Shown: positions 18,070 to 28,198, counted from the stretch's first letter. The stretch: 64,000 nucleotides of DNA from Bacteroidetes bacterium HGW-Bacteroidetes-4 (GCA_002840905.1 PHDD01000004.1:102921-166920), one strand, 5' to 3'. A program made the numbers and translations. The notes: generated by a model not told the origin, from the sequence alone.

Positions 18070-18211
18070 CACAGCAGACTCCAGACTTTGGAATTTAGAT
18101 TTTAGACTATAGACGGATTACTGGCTACTGTTGATTTTTCACTATAAGATTTCACTATTCGATTCTCCCTTTACTCCAGCTAGATGAATTCATATTTTAC
18201 ACCATTAAAAA

Positions 18212-18244
18212 AGCCCCGAACCAGAGTAATCCAGTGTCGGGGCT
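18212..18244 (-). terminator. Rho-independent terminator of the PiT gene
   Basis: AGCCCCG (18212-18218) / CGGGGCT (18238-18244). On the minus strand the hairpin is followed by TTTTTT. Confidence 0.75.
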
Positions 18245-18277
18245 CAAAGGGTAACCAAAAACCCTAAAGCTACTTAC

Positions 18278-20551
18278 TTATAATTCTTCTTCACCGTTCG
18301 AAAACTGAGTAAAATCGCGCTGCGCTTTGGCCATATTAACCATGTAAAGCAATAAATTGCGGGCTTCGCTTAAAATATTCAGATACAACATGCTGTTTCG
18401 TGTACCTACTTCTTTGTTTTTTATACGCTTAATCTGATTCTTTCGAATGGTTTTAACTAACTGCAACAAAGTGTTTTGTTTTTGAATCAAGTCATCCAAA
18501 TTGTCAAGTTTTCCTTTGGTAATTAATTTCTGAAGGTACCCGGCAAACTGACTGATGCCATCAGCAACAGATTCCAGTTCGGTAATTTGCTCAGCAATAA
18601 TTGCTTTATGGTGATTATCAACATGGCGGAAAACCGGTTCTACAATGTAATTTAGAGAATGTGAAATTTCACGTTCATAGTCAAGTACCTGTACATAGTA
18701 GTGCCCTGTTTCAACCGAATCTTTCTGGAGTTTTGCAATGGTCTTGGGCAGGTTATTCTTCAGGGCTTTTGTTTTCATATTAATCTCGTCAGCCAGTTGC
18801 ACCTGTTTCTTTAGCAGTTTTTTATCTTCTCCAATTAAACCCTGCATTGTATTATTGAAAATTTCAGCAGTTTCAATTATAAGATTTGATACACCAGTAT
18901 TGCATTTATCAACAATTTTACTGGCAGAAGTTATGGTTTCGGCTACAGCATCAAGTTTCTTTTCCTGTTCTTTTTTGCTGTGCGATTCCCCCGATTTGTA
19001 AACAGCGTATACAGCCAGCAGAACCAAAGCTATTACCGCATAAAAACCTCCCCAGCTAAGTATTAAAGCTATAATAAAAGCAGCGGTAAAAGCTATTAAA
19101 GCGGTTAAAAACCATCCACCAATCACGGCAAACACTCCGGTAATTCGATACACCGCACTGTCGCGACCCCAAGCCCCATCGGCCAACGATGTACCCATAG
19201 CAACCATAAAGGTAACATAGGTAGTTGACAATGGAAGTTTAAAAGAGGTTGCCAACGAAATTAAGATGGATGCCACAGTCAGGTTTACCGATGCGCGAAC
19301 CAGGTCGAACATGGGTGGGTTTTCCTGCTTTTTAATTTTCTTTTGAATTTCTTCCTGATTGAATCTTTTTTTTATGCCCTCGCGAACAGATGCTGGGATA
19401 AGGGTTCCGAAGAAAGTACCTGCCGCAATGGAACGACCCACGATAATGCGTGCCATAAAGGACGAACCAAAACGTTCGTAACCTTCATCCTGACGGCTTA
19501 AATTAAGTTCTGTTTCGGTAACCGAACGGGCTTTACGTGATAACCACAAAGTAATAACCATTATCAACCCGGAAATAATTAAGAATATGGTAGGAGTATG
19601 TACTTGCCCCGACAAACCGGTCATCAAAATATCGTTACCTCCATTGGCCTGAAACAGTTTAAACGATTCAAAACCTGCCAAAGGAACCCCGATAAAGTTT
19701 ACCAGGTCGTTACCGGCAAAGGCCATGGCCAAAGCAAAAGTACCTACCAATACAATTACTTTTAGAATATTGGTTTTAAATAACCAGTGGAACAATTGCA
19801 TTAATATGGTCCAGCCAATTAAGCTTACAAATAATATTTGTGAGGTATTGTGTTTTATATAATCGGTAGTGGCATCAGACATAAACGAAGCCCCTTTAGC
19901 TCCTTTAATCAGAATAAAATATGTAATGGCTGTTATGGCAAAACCACCCCATATTGCACCAAAATACTTCATGGGCCTTTTATAATTAAAGGTAAAGATA
20001 AAGCGCGAAATTGCCTGAACCAGTAAACCTACGGTAAAGGATATTACCACCGAAAGCAGAATTCCCGAAATAATTGCCAGCGCTTTGCTGGAATTGATAA
20101 AATCGCCAACGGTGGCCACCCGTTCAACCCCTTCGATTAACAAGGTTGTTTCGCCGCTAAACCCCACTTTAACCAGGGCTACTGCAACTGAAGCTCCCAA
20201 TAATTCAAAAACAATGGATACGGTGGTTGATGTGGGTAAGCCAATGGTGTTAAAGAAATCGAGCAGTAGAATGTCAGTAAGCATAACTGCCATAAATACT
20301 ACCATAATCTCGGTAAAGTAAAAATGTTGGGGATGGAAAATCCCTTTACGGGCAACTTCCATCATTCCGCTCGAAAAGGTTGCTCCGATAAGGATACCAA
20401 TACTGGCCACTATCATAATAACATACCTGGGAGCAACTTTAGAACCGATGGCAGAATTTAGAAAATTAACAGCATCATTACTTACTCCAACAATCAAATC
20501 AGAAATTGCCAAAGCAAATAGAATAAACACTAATACCAAATAGATATCCAT
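18278..20551 (-). CDS. Inorganic phosphate transporter (PiT/Pho4 family) with C-terminal PhoU-like helical domain
   Basis: Duplicated PiT signature VGVSNDAVNFLNSAIG and AGNDLVNFIGVP. About 10+ TM segments and a ~230-aa soluble helical tail. Confidence 0.85.
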   Translation of the reverse strand: MDIYLVLVFILFALAISDLIVGVSNDAVNFLNSAIGSKVAPRYVIMIVASIGILIGATFSSGMMEVARKGIFHPQHFYFTEIMVVFMAVMLTDILLLDFFNTIGLPTSTTVSIVFELLGASVAVALVKVGFSGETTLLIEGVERVATVGDFINSSKALAIISGILLSVVISFTVGLLVQAISRFIFTFNYKRPMKYFGAIWGGFAITAITYFILIKGAKGASFMSDATTDYIKHNTSQILFVSLIGWTILMQLFHWLFKTNILKVIVLVGTFALAMAFAGNDLVNFIGVPLAGFESFKLFQANGGNDILMTGLSGQVHTPTIFLIISGLIMVITLWLSRKARSVTETELNLSRQDEGYERFGSSFMARIIVGRSIAAGTFFGTLIPASVREGIKKRFNQEEIQKKIKKQENPPMFDLVRASVNLTVASILISLATSFKLPLSTTYVTFMVAMGTSLADGAWGRDSAVYRITGVFAVIGGWFLTALIAFTAAFIIALILSWGGFYAVIALVLLAVYAVYKSGESHSKKEQEKKLDAVAETITSASKIVDKCNTGVSNLIIETAEIFNNTMQGLIGEDKKLLKKQVQLADEINMKTKALKNNLPKTIAKLQKDSVETGHYYVQVLDYEREISHSLNYIVEPVFRHVDNHHKAIIAEQITELESVADGISQFAGYLQKLITKGKLDNLDDLIQKQNTLLQLVKTIRKNQIKRIKNKEVGTRNSMLYLNILSEARNLLLYMVNMAKAQRDFTQFSNGEEEL

Positions 20552-20709
20552 ATTTTAAAGTTTTTGGTTACGCCGCAAAAGTATACTATTTAAAGCGGCC
20601 CAATGTTAATTTATTGTTAAGTCTACTTTAATAGAACTATCTAAAAATACTTTTTGAACAACCGTTAAAAAATTGATAAAAGTTACTCCAAATTATTTAA
20701 TAATTTGTA

Positions 20710-21645
20710 CTAAATGTTCGGTAATTTGTTTTTAATCATTTTTCCAATCGATTCGAAGAATGGCTTTTTGGGGTTATAAATTACGTGAAGTGCATTGGGG
20801 ATTATCTGAATATCGAGTTCATTGGGCAGGTTAATGGGTTCACCGTCGAGATGCCCTTTAAGATTCTCTTTGGCAACAATTTTAACCCGGGTTCCCCGGA
20901 TGATTTTCATGTATTTCGATTTATCGAGCCGCTTGTTGAATAATTTAATAGCCAATTGGCCGGCTTCCACTTTGGGAAATTCGCTCATCAGGCAAATATC
21001 CAACAAACCATCGTTAATAATAGCGTGCGGCGAAATATAGGCGTTGTTTCCGAATTGAGCCGAATTGGCAAAGCTGATTAAAAATGCTTTCAAAAAATAT
21101 TCTTTACCTTCAATAAAAACCTTATAATCAGCGGGTTTGTATTTTTGAAATTCAACAGTTGCCAGTTTTGCATAAGGAATTGGACCCCGTTTTGATGCGG
21201 CTGCAAAAAGGTGAGCAATATGCGCATCGAACCCTATTCCGGCTACATTTACAAAATATTCGCCATTAAGCGAGGCCATGTCAATTTTTTGGATGTGCGG
21301 TTCGTTTATAAGTTCAATGGCTTCTTTTACCCGCATGGGAATATTCAGGTGTCTTGCCAATCCATTTCCTGAACCCACAGGAACAATTCCCATAATACAA
21401 GAGCTATTTATTAGTCCTTTAGCTACCTCGTTTACGGTTCCGTCACCGCCAACTGCCACAACCATCTGATAATCGGCTACTGCATTTTGACTCAACAAAG
21501 TTGCATGTCCGCGATATTCACTAAACACCATATCAAAATCGTACAGTTGCCTGTCAATTAAAGCATTTAACACTTCTGAAAAGCCTTCTTGTTTGCCTGT
21601 TCCAGAAATGGGATTTATAATAAAAAGAACTCGTTTTTTATTCAT
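20710..21645 (-). CDS. Soluble lipid/diacylglycerol kinase (YegS/DgkB/BmrU family)
   Basis: RVLFIINPISGTG and VAVGGDGTVNEV motifs. Its ATG overlaps the stop of the upstream gene (ATGAATAA, 8-nt overlap). Confidence 0.85.
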   Translation of the reverse strand: MNKKRVLFIINPISGTGKQEGFSEVLNALIDRQLYDFDMVFSEYRGHATLLSQNAVADYQMVVAVGGDGTVNEVAKGLINSSCIMGIVPVGSGNGLARHLNIPMRVKEAIELINEPHIQKIDMASLNGEYFVNVAGIGFDAHIAHLFAAASKRGPIPYAKLATVEFQKYKPADYKVFIEGKEYFLKAFLISFANSAQFGNNAYISPHAIINDGLLDICLMSEFPKVEAGQLAIKLFNKRLDKSKYMKIIRGTRVKIVAKENLKGHLDGEPINLPNELDIQIIPNALHVIYNPKKPFFESIGKMIKNKLPNI

Positions 21646-23587
21646 GCTTAGTATTACTATAGCTTATATCAGAATTATATTTCATCAGATTTTTTTCCAT
21701 CCTCACATTAAATTGCTGAACAATTCCTTTTAACAACTGCTCACCTTTCTGTGTATCAACAATCACCGAATCTGCAGTTTGCAAAGGATTTAAAGGTTGA
21801 TATAAAAGTGTATCGACCGAAACTACCTTGCTCCCATTAAAATGTATGGCATAATTGTCGTGAACTAACTGATACAAGCCGTTTGAATAAGCAATTGCAA
21901 AACCTTCGGGATTATTTCGAAAAACACTGGTTCCAAAAGCTACAAAGGGTTCAGCATAACGCAAATAGTCGAGCACTGAGGGAAAAATATCAGTTTGCTG
22001 ACAAATCCTATCCGACAATCCATTAAGTTTTTTATCGCCGGGAGCAAAAAACACCAGTGGAACTGCATATTTGCCCACATTGGTTTTATAAAAATCGGCA
22101 TCAGCCTGAGCAGTATGGTCGGCAGTTAATATAAAAAGTGTGTTTTTATACCAGGGTTGTTTTTCAGCGGTTTCGAAAAAACGTTTCAGGGCATAATCGG
22201 TATAACCTATACTTTCCAAATTGATCAGATTTCCTTTGGGAAATTTGCCGGCATATTTTTCCGGAATACTATACGGATGATGTGAACTCAGGGTAAAAAC
22301 CGAAGTAAAAAAGGGTTCTTTCATCAGCGAAATTTGATTGCAAAAATATTGCAGGTAAGGTTCATCATAAATTCCCCAGTTTCCGTCGTAATCCTCTTCA
22401 TTTGGGTATTCATTCAATCCAAAATATGCATCAATGCCAACCAATTTCGTAAAATTATCGAATCCCATAGTTCCATTTTTGCCCCCATGGAAAAACGAAG
22501 TTTGGTAACCTTTATTTTTAAGAATTGCAGCCAGACTTTCGATAGGGTTCGAACTGTAAAGCGAAGTTACAAATGCATTGTCCATAATGGCAGGCAGGCT
22601 GCTTAAAATGGATGGCAGGGCTTCAATAGATCGTTTCCCGTTAGCAAAAGCATTGGTAAAGGTTAATCCCTGTTGCATAATGGAATCGAGGTTGGGCGTA
22701 TATCCCTGGTTATTATTCAAAAAGCCACTGTATTCGCGGCCAAAACTTTCTAAAATTATAATTACTACATTCTTATTTCTAAATTTTTGCTTGTGATTCA
22801 GCTTAATTTCCGGATTAAAAATGGAATCGAGTTGTTGTGAATCAAAATAATTTGGATTGGGTAAAACTTTTCGTCCCCAGGTTTTTACTACGGTAAAAGG
22901 TGAGTTTAAAACCAATCCGGCATATTCGGGCGAAGTATATTTAACAGCGGCAATTACACCTATTGGCTTAAGCTGAAAACCACCCCGACCAAAAATAATC
23001 ATAAAAAAAAGCACAACAGCGCCTATTAATAGTTGCAATCCGAGTTTTGATGCCGAGAATCGTTTTTCGGGCTTAGCTTCTTCTATTTGATTTGGATAAA
23101 GACGGGCAAAAACATATATAAACAAAGCAAAAAACAGGAACAGGAACCAATAATCTTTAATAAACTCGGGCAAAAGGGCAATAAAATCGTTTCCCAGCCA
23201 TTCTTTGGTAAAAAAATCGGCTCCCAAACGCTTTCCTTCAAATTCATAAAATTTGACATCGATCATATTCAAAGCCAATACAAAAGAATTCACCCCCAGG
23301 AAAAGAATTTTAAGCAGAAGCTGATACCACGATCTGCTAACCAAAGGCGCAGGTAACACACTAAAAAGTACAAACACCAGGTTAAAAAGTGCTACGGTAG
23401 CTAAATCAAAGCGAAGCCCATATATAAAATGAAGTATAACCTGAAAGAAACTTAAATCGGAGTAAAGATCAAGGTTAAAAATATAAAAAACCAGTCGGGT
23501 AAGCGTTAAAAAAACCATTACCAGCAACAGACGTAACCCTAACTGATACAATTGTTTGTAATAATACCTCATAAGCTCACACGGCAA
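21638..23587 (-). CDS. LTA-synthase (LtaS)/phosphoglycerol-transferase-family membrane sulfatase-fold enzyme
   Basis: Five N-terminal TM helices, then an alkaline-phosphatase-superfamily domain (VVIIILESFGREY, NGKRSIEALPS, SHHPY, LTADH). Alternative start at 23572. Confidence 0.8.
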   Translation of the reverse strand: MPCELMRYYYKQLYQLGLRLLLVMVFLTLTRLVFYIFNLDLYSDLSFFQVILHFIYGLRFDLATVALFNLVFVLFSVLPAPLVSRSWYQLLLKILFLGVNSFVLALNMIDVKFYEFEGKRLGADFFTKEWLGNDFIALLPEFIKDYWFLFLFFALFIYVFARLYPNQIEEAKPEKRFSASKLGLQLLIGAVVLFFMIIFGRGGFQLKPIGVIAAVKYTSPEYAGLVLNSPFTVVKTWGRKVLPNPNYFDSQQLDSIFNPEIKLNHKQKFRNKNVVIIILESFGREYSGFLNNNQGYTPNLDSIMQQGLTFTNAFANGKRSIEALPSILSSLPAIMDNAFVTSLYSSNPIESLAAILKNKGYQTSFFHGGKNGTMGFDNFTKLVGIDAYFGLNEYPNEEDYDGNWGIYDEPYLQYFCNQISLMKEPFFTSVFTLSSHHPYSIPEKYAGKFPKGNLINLESIGYTDYALKRFFETAEKQPWYKNTLFILTADHTAQADADFYKTNVGKYAVPLVFFAPGDKKLNGLSDRICQQTDIFPSVLDYLRYAEPFVAFGTSVFRNNPEGFAIAYSNGLYQLVHDNYAIHFNGSKVVSVDTLLYQPLNPLQTADSVIVDTQKGEQLLKGIVQQFNVRMEKNLMKYNSDISYSNTKHE

Positions 23588-23685
23588 TTTGATATTGCCG
23601 AGGCAAAAGTAATTAAAATATTGACTTTATATAAAAACAAAAGGCAACCAAAATGGCTGCCTTTTAAAATATACTTTCGAGCTAT

Positions 23686-25368
23686 TTACATTAAAAAACT
23701 CAGCAAAATACCTGCAGCTACTGCAGAACCAATAACTCCAGAAACATTGGGAGCCATAGCATGCATTAGCAGGTGGTTGGTGGGATCTTCGGCCAAGCCC
23801 ATATTCTGCACCACCCGGGCACTGTCGGGAACAGCTGAAACACCAGCAGCGCCAATCATGGGATTGATGGGATTACTTTTGTTTGAAAAAAAGTTCATTA
23901 CTTTAGCAAATATTACACCACCCGCTGTGGCCACCATAAACGATGCTGCTCCCAACCCAAAAATCATGATGGAATCGGGCGTTAAAAATACATCGGCCTG
24001 GGTTGATGCTCCCACGGTAATTCCCAATAAAATAGTGATGGTATTTATTAAAGCGTTGCTTGCCGTGTCGGCTAAACGGTTGGTTACCCCACATTCTTTA
24101 AAAAGATTTCCGAGGAAAAGCATGCCCAAAAGAGGTAAAGCCGTTGGAGCAATGTAAGCTGTAATTAACAGAGCAATCACGGGGAACATAATTTTTTCCA
24201 AACGAGAAACAGCTCTGGGTGGTCGCATACGTATTAACCGCTCTTTTTTAGTGGTAAGCAATTTAATAATAGGAGGCTGAATAACCGGAACAAGTGCCAT
24301 ATAGGAATATGCAGCAATTGCAATGGGACCAATAAGGTTTTTCACTACTTCGCCATTGGCCATTACATTTACACCGTTTGCCAGTTTCGATGATAGAAAG
24401 ATGGCTGTAGGTCCGTCGGCACCACCAATAATACCAATAGCTCCGGCTTCAGGAGGAGCAAATCCCAACAACAAGGAACCGAGAAAGGTAACAAATATAC
24501 CTACCTGAGCCGCTGCACCCAAAAGCATTAGTTTGGGATTTGATATTAAAGATGAAAAGTCGGTCATGGCACCAATTCCCATAAAAATGAGTGGTGGGTA
24601 CCAACCTTGCAATACTCCCTGATACAATATGTTCATTACACTTCCCGGCTCATAAATTCCTAATTTCAAGTTAAAATCCACGGCCTGGAACATGGGAATG
24701 TTTCCAATCAAAATTCCCATCCCGATAGGTATAAGCAATAAGGGTTCGTAATCGTATTTAATGGCCAGAAAAATAAAGAAGATACCAATGAGTACCATAA
24801 TCAGGTGGCCAGGGGTAGCATTGGAAAATCCAGTAAATTCGTAAAAATTCAAAATACCGTGTACAGCTCCTGAAACATGTTTGTAATTCACTCCATCGGC
24901 ATCAACTAGCGTTCCGTTAACCAAAGTTAATACACGCTGTGGTAACTGAATGGTCTCCGGGATTGTAGCGTACCGATAACTTGTAGCATTGGGATCTAGG
25001 TTTTTTCTGTAATGGATTACATTTAAGGGATTAAAATCCATAATCAACTGGTTGCCCTCAAGGTGCCAACGCCCTGAGAAGCGCTGCTTTACCGAGTCCA
25101 TCACAAAAGTCTTAACTTTTATTCCATAAATTAGATCTTCCTTAAATTCAATGGTTTTGTAGCGTTCAACAGTTCGAACAGCCGACCAATCAGAAATGGT
25201 ATCGGGGTTTATTGTTGCATTGGGAATGTATCCACCTGCTTTGTTTATCCATTTACCAGATTTGATTTGCTTTTCGAAATTATCTTCGGCCCGTAACGGA
25301 TTCCAGAAAAATAAACCTGCTAACAAGATTAAAAAAGAAACTATTTTTATTTTAAACATAACTTTCAA
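23686..25368 (-). CDS. mmdB: Na+-translocating decarboxylase beta subunit (MmdB/OadB family) with ~170-aa N-terminal extension
   Basis: From about residue 188 the sequence is typical OadB/MmdB (HLIMVLIGIFFIFLAIKYDYEPLLLIPIGMGILIGNIP ... C-terminal GVIGSAVAAGILL). Residues 1-170 are a signal/anchor plus a beta-rich domain. The start lies 9 nt after the mmdC stop. Confidence 0.85.
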   Translation of the reverse strand: MKVMFKIKIVSFLILLAGLFFWNPLRAEDNFEKQIKSGKWINKAGGYIPNATINPDTISDWSAVRTVERYKTIEFKEDLIYGIKVKTFVMDSVKQRFSGRWHLEGNQLIMDFNPLNVIHYRKNLDPNATSYRYATIPETIQLPQRVLTLVNGTLVDADGVNYKHVSGAVHGILNFYEFTGFSNATPGHLIMVLIGIFFIFLAIKYDYEPLLLIPIGMGILIGNIPMFQAVDFNLKLGIYEPGSVMNILYQGVLQGWYPPLIFMGIGAMTDFSSLISNPKLMLLGAAAQVGIFVTFLGSLLLGFAPPEAGAIGIIGGADGPTAIFLSSKLANGVNVMANGEVVKNLIGPIAIAAYSYMALVPVIQPPIIKLLTTKKERLIRMRPPRAVSRLEKIMFPVIALLITAYIAPTALPLLGMLFLGNLFKECGVTNRLADTASNALINTITILLGITVGASTQADVFLTPDSIMIFGLGAASFMVATAGGVIFAKVMNFFSNKSNPINPMIGAAGVSAVPDSARVVQNMGLAEDPTNHLLMHAMAPNVSGVIGSAVAAGILLSFLM

Positions 25369-25377
25369 TTTTCCGGT

Positions 25378-25800
25378 TTATTCCAACTCGAGTAACACAT
25401 CCTCCTGCAATACAGCATCGCCAACGGCTACTTTAATAGATTTTACCACCCCGTCTTTTTCAGACATGATGTTATTTTCCATTTTCATGGCTTCCATTAT
25501 CAGCAGCACATCACCGCGTTTAACCGTATCGCCAACAGCCACTTTCAGTTTAAAAATTGAACCGGGCAGCGGGGCTTTTACTTTGTATCCTGCCGAATCT
25601 TTTTTGGTAATGGTTCCTTCGCCTGGTTTTGAAACCACCGGTTGACGAACCAGCTTTGGCGTTTTGGTCACTTTCATTTCCTTATGAACCTCCACCTCGT
25701 AGCTGGTACCGTTTACTTCGAGATGAGCAATGTTTTCATCAAAGTCCTTAACCAGAACCTCGTATTTTTGACCTTTTATGGTGAAATCGAATTTTTTCAT
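25378..25800 (-). CDS. mmdC: Biotin carboxyl-carrier subunit of methylmalonyl-CoA decarboxylase (gamma)
   Basis: C-terminal biotinyl domain with the EAMKMEN biotin-lysine motif. Operon position between the OadG-like and beta subunits. Confidence 0.85.
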   Translation of the reverse strand: MKKFDFTIKGQKYEVLVKDFDENIAHLEVNGTSYEVEVHKEMKVTKTPKLVRQPVVSKPGEGTITKKDSAGYKVKAPLPGSIFKLKVAVGDTVKRGDVLLIMEAMKMENNIMSEKDGVVKSIKVAVGDAVLQEDVLLELE

Positions 25801-25807
25801 CGCTAAA

Positions 25808-26155
25808 TTATTTTAATGGGGTATTGTAGATATTGTAAATTTTTGAACTCCAGGGCGAATACCTTCGCTGAATGCGACTTATGGTAATTACATTGGGTTC
25901 CTCATCGTGCATGTCGCTTAAATAAAGATGCAGCGCCATACTTATGGCCGCACTTACATCGCCACCCACCGATAACTCATTGGGTTGGTTGATTACCTCC
26001 TTGCCTTTACGGCGAAGCTCTGTCCTGACTTTCATATTGATAATCCGCGGAATTGCGGTGAAAATTAAAATTAAAATTACCAATACCAGAAACACAATGA
26101 TATAACCTACCAATGCCACCGTGAAACCACCTTGATTTGCTACTGATTCAATCAT
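25808..26155 (-). CDS. mmdD: OadG-family small membrane subunit (delta)
   Basis: Single N-terminal TM (VALVGYIIVFLVLVILILIF), 115 aa, at the position expected in the decarboxylase operon. Confidence 0.7.
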   Translation of the reverse strand: MIESVANQGGFTVALVGYIIVFLVLVILILIFTAIPRIINMKVRTELRRKGKEVINQPNELSVGGDVSAAISMALHLYLSDMHDEEPNVITISRIQRRYSPWSSKIYNIYNTPLK

Positions 26156-26166
26156 AATACTGGTTT

Positions 26167-27726
26167 TTAAAGGGGTATATTACAATGTTTTTTTGGAGGA
26201 TTCGAGAGTTTTTTTGTTGCCAGACTTTCAAATCCACGGATAATGCGGAATCTTGAATTTCGCGGTTCAATTATATCGTCGATGTATCCATAGGCAGCTG
26301 CCTGATAAGGGTTGGCAAACTTGTCTTTATACTCGGTTACTTTTTCATCTACAAATTTTGCACGTTCTTCCGGATCGGTAAGTTCAGCCAGTTTTCGACC
26401 TTCCAACACTTCAATGGCACCAGAGGCTCCCATAACTGCAATTTCAGCGGTTGGCCAGGCATAGTTCAAATCGCCCCGTAATTGTTTACACGACATTACA
26501 TCATGTGCTCCACCGTACGATTTGCGCAGGGTTATAGTAATTTTAGGCACGGTGGCTTCACCGTAGGCAAACATTAGTTTTGCTCCATGAATAATAATGC
26601 CTCCGTATTCCTGTCCACTTCCGGGTAAAAATCCGGGAACATCAACCAGCGTTAAAATCTGAATGTTAAAAGCATCGCAAAAACGAACAAAACGTGCGGC
26701 TTTACGCGATGCTTCAATATCGAGGACTCCGGCCAGGTAATTGGGCTGGTTGGCAATAATTCCGGTAGGTACTCCATTGAATTTAGCAAAACCTACAATA
26801 ATGTTTTTGGCGTAGTTTCTATGTACTTCTAAAAATTCCTGTGAATCGACAATCGTATAAATTACATCCTTCATATCGTAAGGATGATTCGGATTTTCAG
26901 GAATAATTTCGTTCAATGAATCTTCCAGGCGATCAATCGGGTCGGAACAAGGTGTTATAGGGGGTTCTTCAAGATTGTTTTGCGGAAGGTAAGAAAGTAA
27001 TTTTCGGATAATTAAGATGCCTTCTTTTTCATCCTCGCAAAGAAAGTGTGAAACACCCGATTTGGTAGCATGAATGGTGGCTCCTCCCAAATCTTCAGTC
27101 GAAATATCTTCGCCGGTAACTGTTTTTACCACTTTTGGCCCGGTTACAAACATGTAGCTCGATTTGTCTGACATCAGCACAAAATCAGTCAAAGCTGGAG
27201 AATAAACAGCTCCACCGGCACAGGGTCCAAAAATAGCTGAAATCTGAGGAATAACGCCCGAAGCCAATATGTTGCGCTCAAAAATCTCAGCATAGCCGGC
27301 CAACGAAGTTACTCCTTCCTGAATACGGGCACCTCCACTGTCGTTAATTCCGATAACCGGAGCACCAACTTTCATGGCCATATCCATAACTTTGCAAATT
27401 TTTTGAGCAAATGTTTCTGAAAGTGAGCCTCCAAAAACGGTAAAATCTTGCGAAAACAAATACACTACGCGTCCGTCGATAGTTCCGTGGCCGGTAACCA
27501 CGCCATCGCCCAGGAATTTTGTTTTCTCCAGTCCAAAATTGGTGCACCGGTGAGTAACAAACATATCAAACTCTTCAAAACTGCCTTCGTCCAACAACAT
27601 ATCGATGCGCTCACGTGCGGTAAACTTACCCTTTTGATGTTGCGCTTCAATTCGTTTTTCGCCGCCTCCCAAACGAGCCTGCACCCGTTTATCAATTAAT
27701 TCTTTTATTTTATCCTGATTTGCCAT
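26167..27726 (-). CDS. mmdA: Methylmalonyl-CoA carboxyltransferase (decarboxylase alpha subunit; acyl-CoA carboxylase beta family)
   Basis: 519 aa with two crotonase-like carboxyltransferase halves ([22 protein letters not shown].., [32 protein letters not shown]). Operon context. Confidence 0.9.
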   Translation of the reverse strand: MANQDKIKELIDKRVQARLGGGEKRIEAQHQKGKFTARERIDMLLDEGSFEEFDMFVTHRCTNFGLEKTKFLGDGVVTGHGTIDGRVVYLFSQDFTVFGGSLSETFAQKICKVMDMAMKVGAPVIGINDSGGARIQEGVTSLAGYAEIFERNILASGVIPQISAIFGPCAGGAVYSPALTDFVLMSDKSSYMFVTGPKVVKTVTGEDISTEDLGGATIHATKSGVSHFLCEDEKEGILIIRKLLSYLPQNNLEEPPITPCSDPIDRLEDSLNEIIPENPNHPYDMKDVIYTIVDSQEFLEVHRNYAKNIIVGFAKFNGVPTGIIANQPNYLAGVLDIEASRKAARFVRFCDAFNIQILTLVDVPGFLPGSGQEYGGIIIHGAKLMFAYGEATVPKITITLRKSYGGAHDVMSCKQLRGDLNYAWPTAEIAVMGASGAIEVLEGRKLAELTDPEERAKFVDEKVTEYKDKFANPYQAAAYGYIDDIIEPRNSRFRIIRGFESLATKKLSNPPKKHCNIPL

Positions 27727-27747
27727 AGTAAATCGTTTATATGTATT

Positions 27748-28152
27748 TTATTTATTGTCGCACAGTTCGGTAAGCACTCCTAAAGTTGATTTGGGATGGA
27801 GAAATCCTATATTTAACCCTTCAGCTCCTTTACGAGCTGTTTTGTCGATAAGTTGAACACCGGCTTGTTCTGCGTTTTTAAGGGCTGTATTCACATCATC
27901 AACCGCAAAAGCAATGTGGTGGATGCCTTGTCCTTTTTTCTCTAAAAATTTGCCTATGGGGCCTTCCGGATCAGTTGATTCCAAAAGTTCAATTTTTGTG
28001 TCGCCCACTTTAAAAAAGGCTGTTTTTACTTTCTGATCTTTAACCTCTTCAACCGCATAGCATTTTAATCCCAAAACTTTTTCGTAAAAGGGAATCGATT
28101 CTTCGAGACTATTAACCGCAATTCCAATGTGTTCAATGTGTGTAGGCTTCAT
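27748..28152 (-). CDS. mce: Methylmalonyl-CoA epimerase (VOC/glyoxalase fold)
   Basis: 134 aa with IEHIGIAV.. and GIHHIAFAV metal-ligand strands. First gene of the mmd operon. Confidence 0.85.
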   Translation of the reverse strand: MKPTHIEHIGIAVNSLEESIPFYEKVLGLKCYAVEEVKDQKVKTAFFKVGDTKIELLESTDPEGPIGKFLEKKGQGIHHIAFAVDDVNTALKNAEQAGVQLIDKTARKGAEGLNIGFLHPKSTLGVLTELCDNK

Positions 28153-28168
28153 TATTAAATATTTTAAG

Positions 28169-28198
28169 GTTGTTATTATTATTATTATGATGATGATT
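28169..28198. repeat. Trinucleotide microsatellite (GTT)2(ATT)4(ATG)3ATT in the mce leader
   Basis: GTTGTTATTATTATTATTATGATGATGATT read directly, 17-46 nt upstream of the mce start codon (28152, minus strand). Confidence 0.9.

Noticed and set aside
18070-18211. Short AGAC/TAGA-rich repeats after the rhodanese gene (..CAGACTCCAGACTTTGGAATTTAGATTTTAGACTATAGACGG..).
   Set aside because: The copies are irregular 4-6-mers with no consistent period. This is likely low-complexity spacer between convergent genes.
10799-20551. Idea that the OmpR/HK pair is PhoBR and that the TBDR, lipoprotein and PiT form a phosphate-starvation regulon.
   Set aside because: Only proximity supports it. No pst or phoU genes and no identifiable Pho boxes are present, and PiT is on a separate transcription unit beyond a divergent gene. 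I kept it only as something to test under the TBDR finding.
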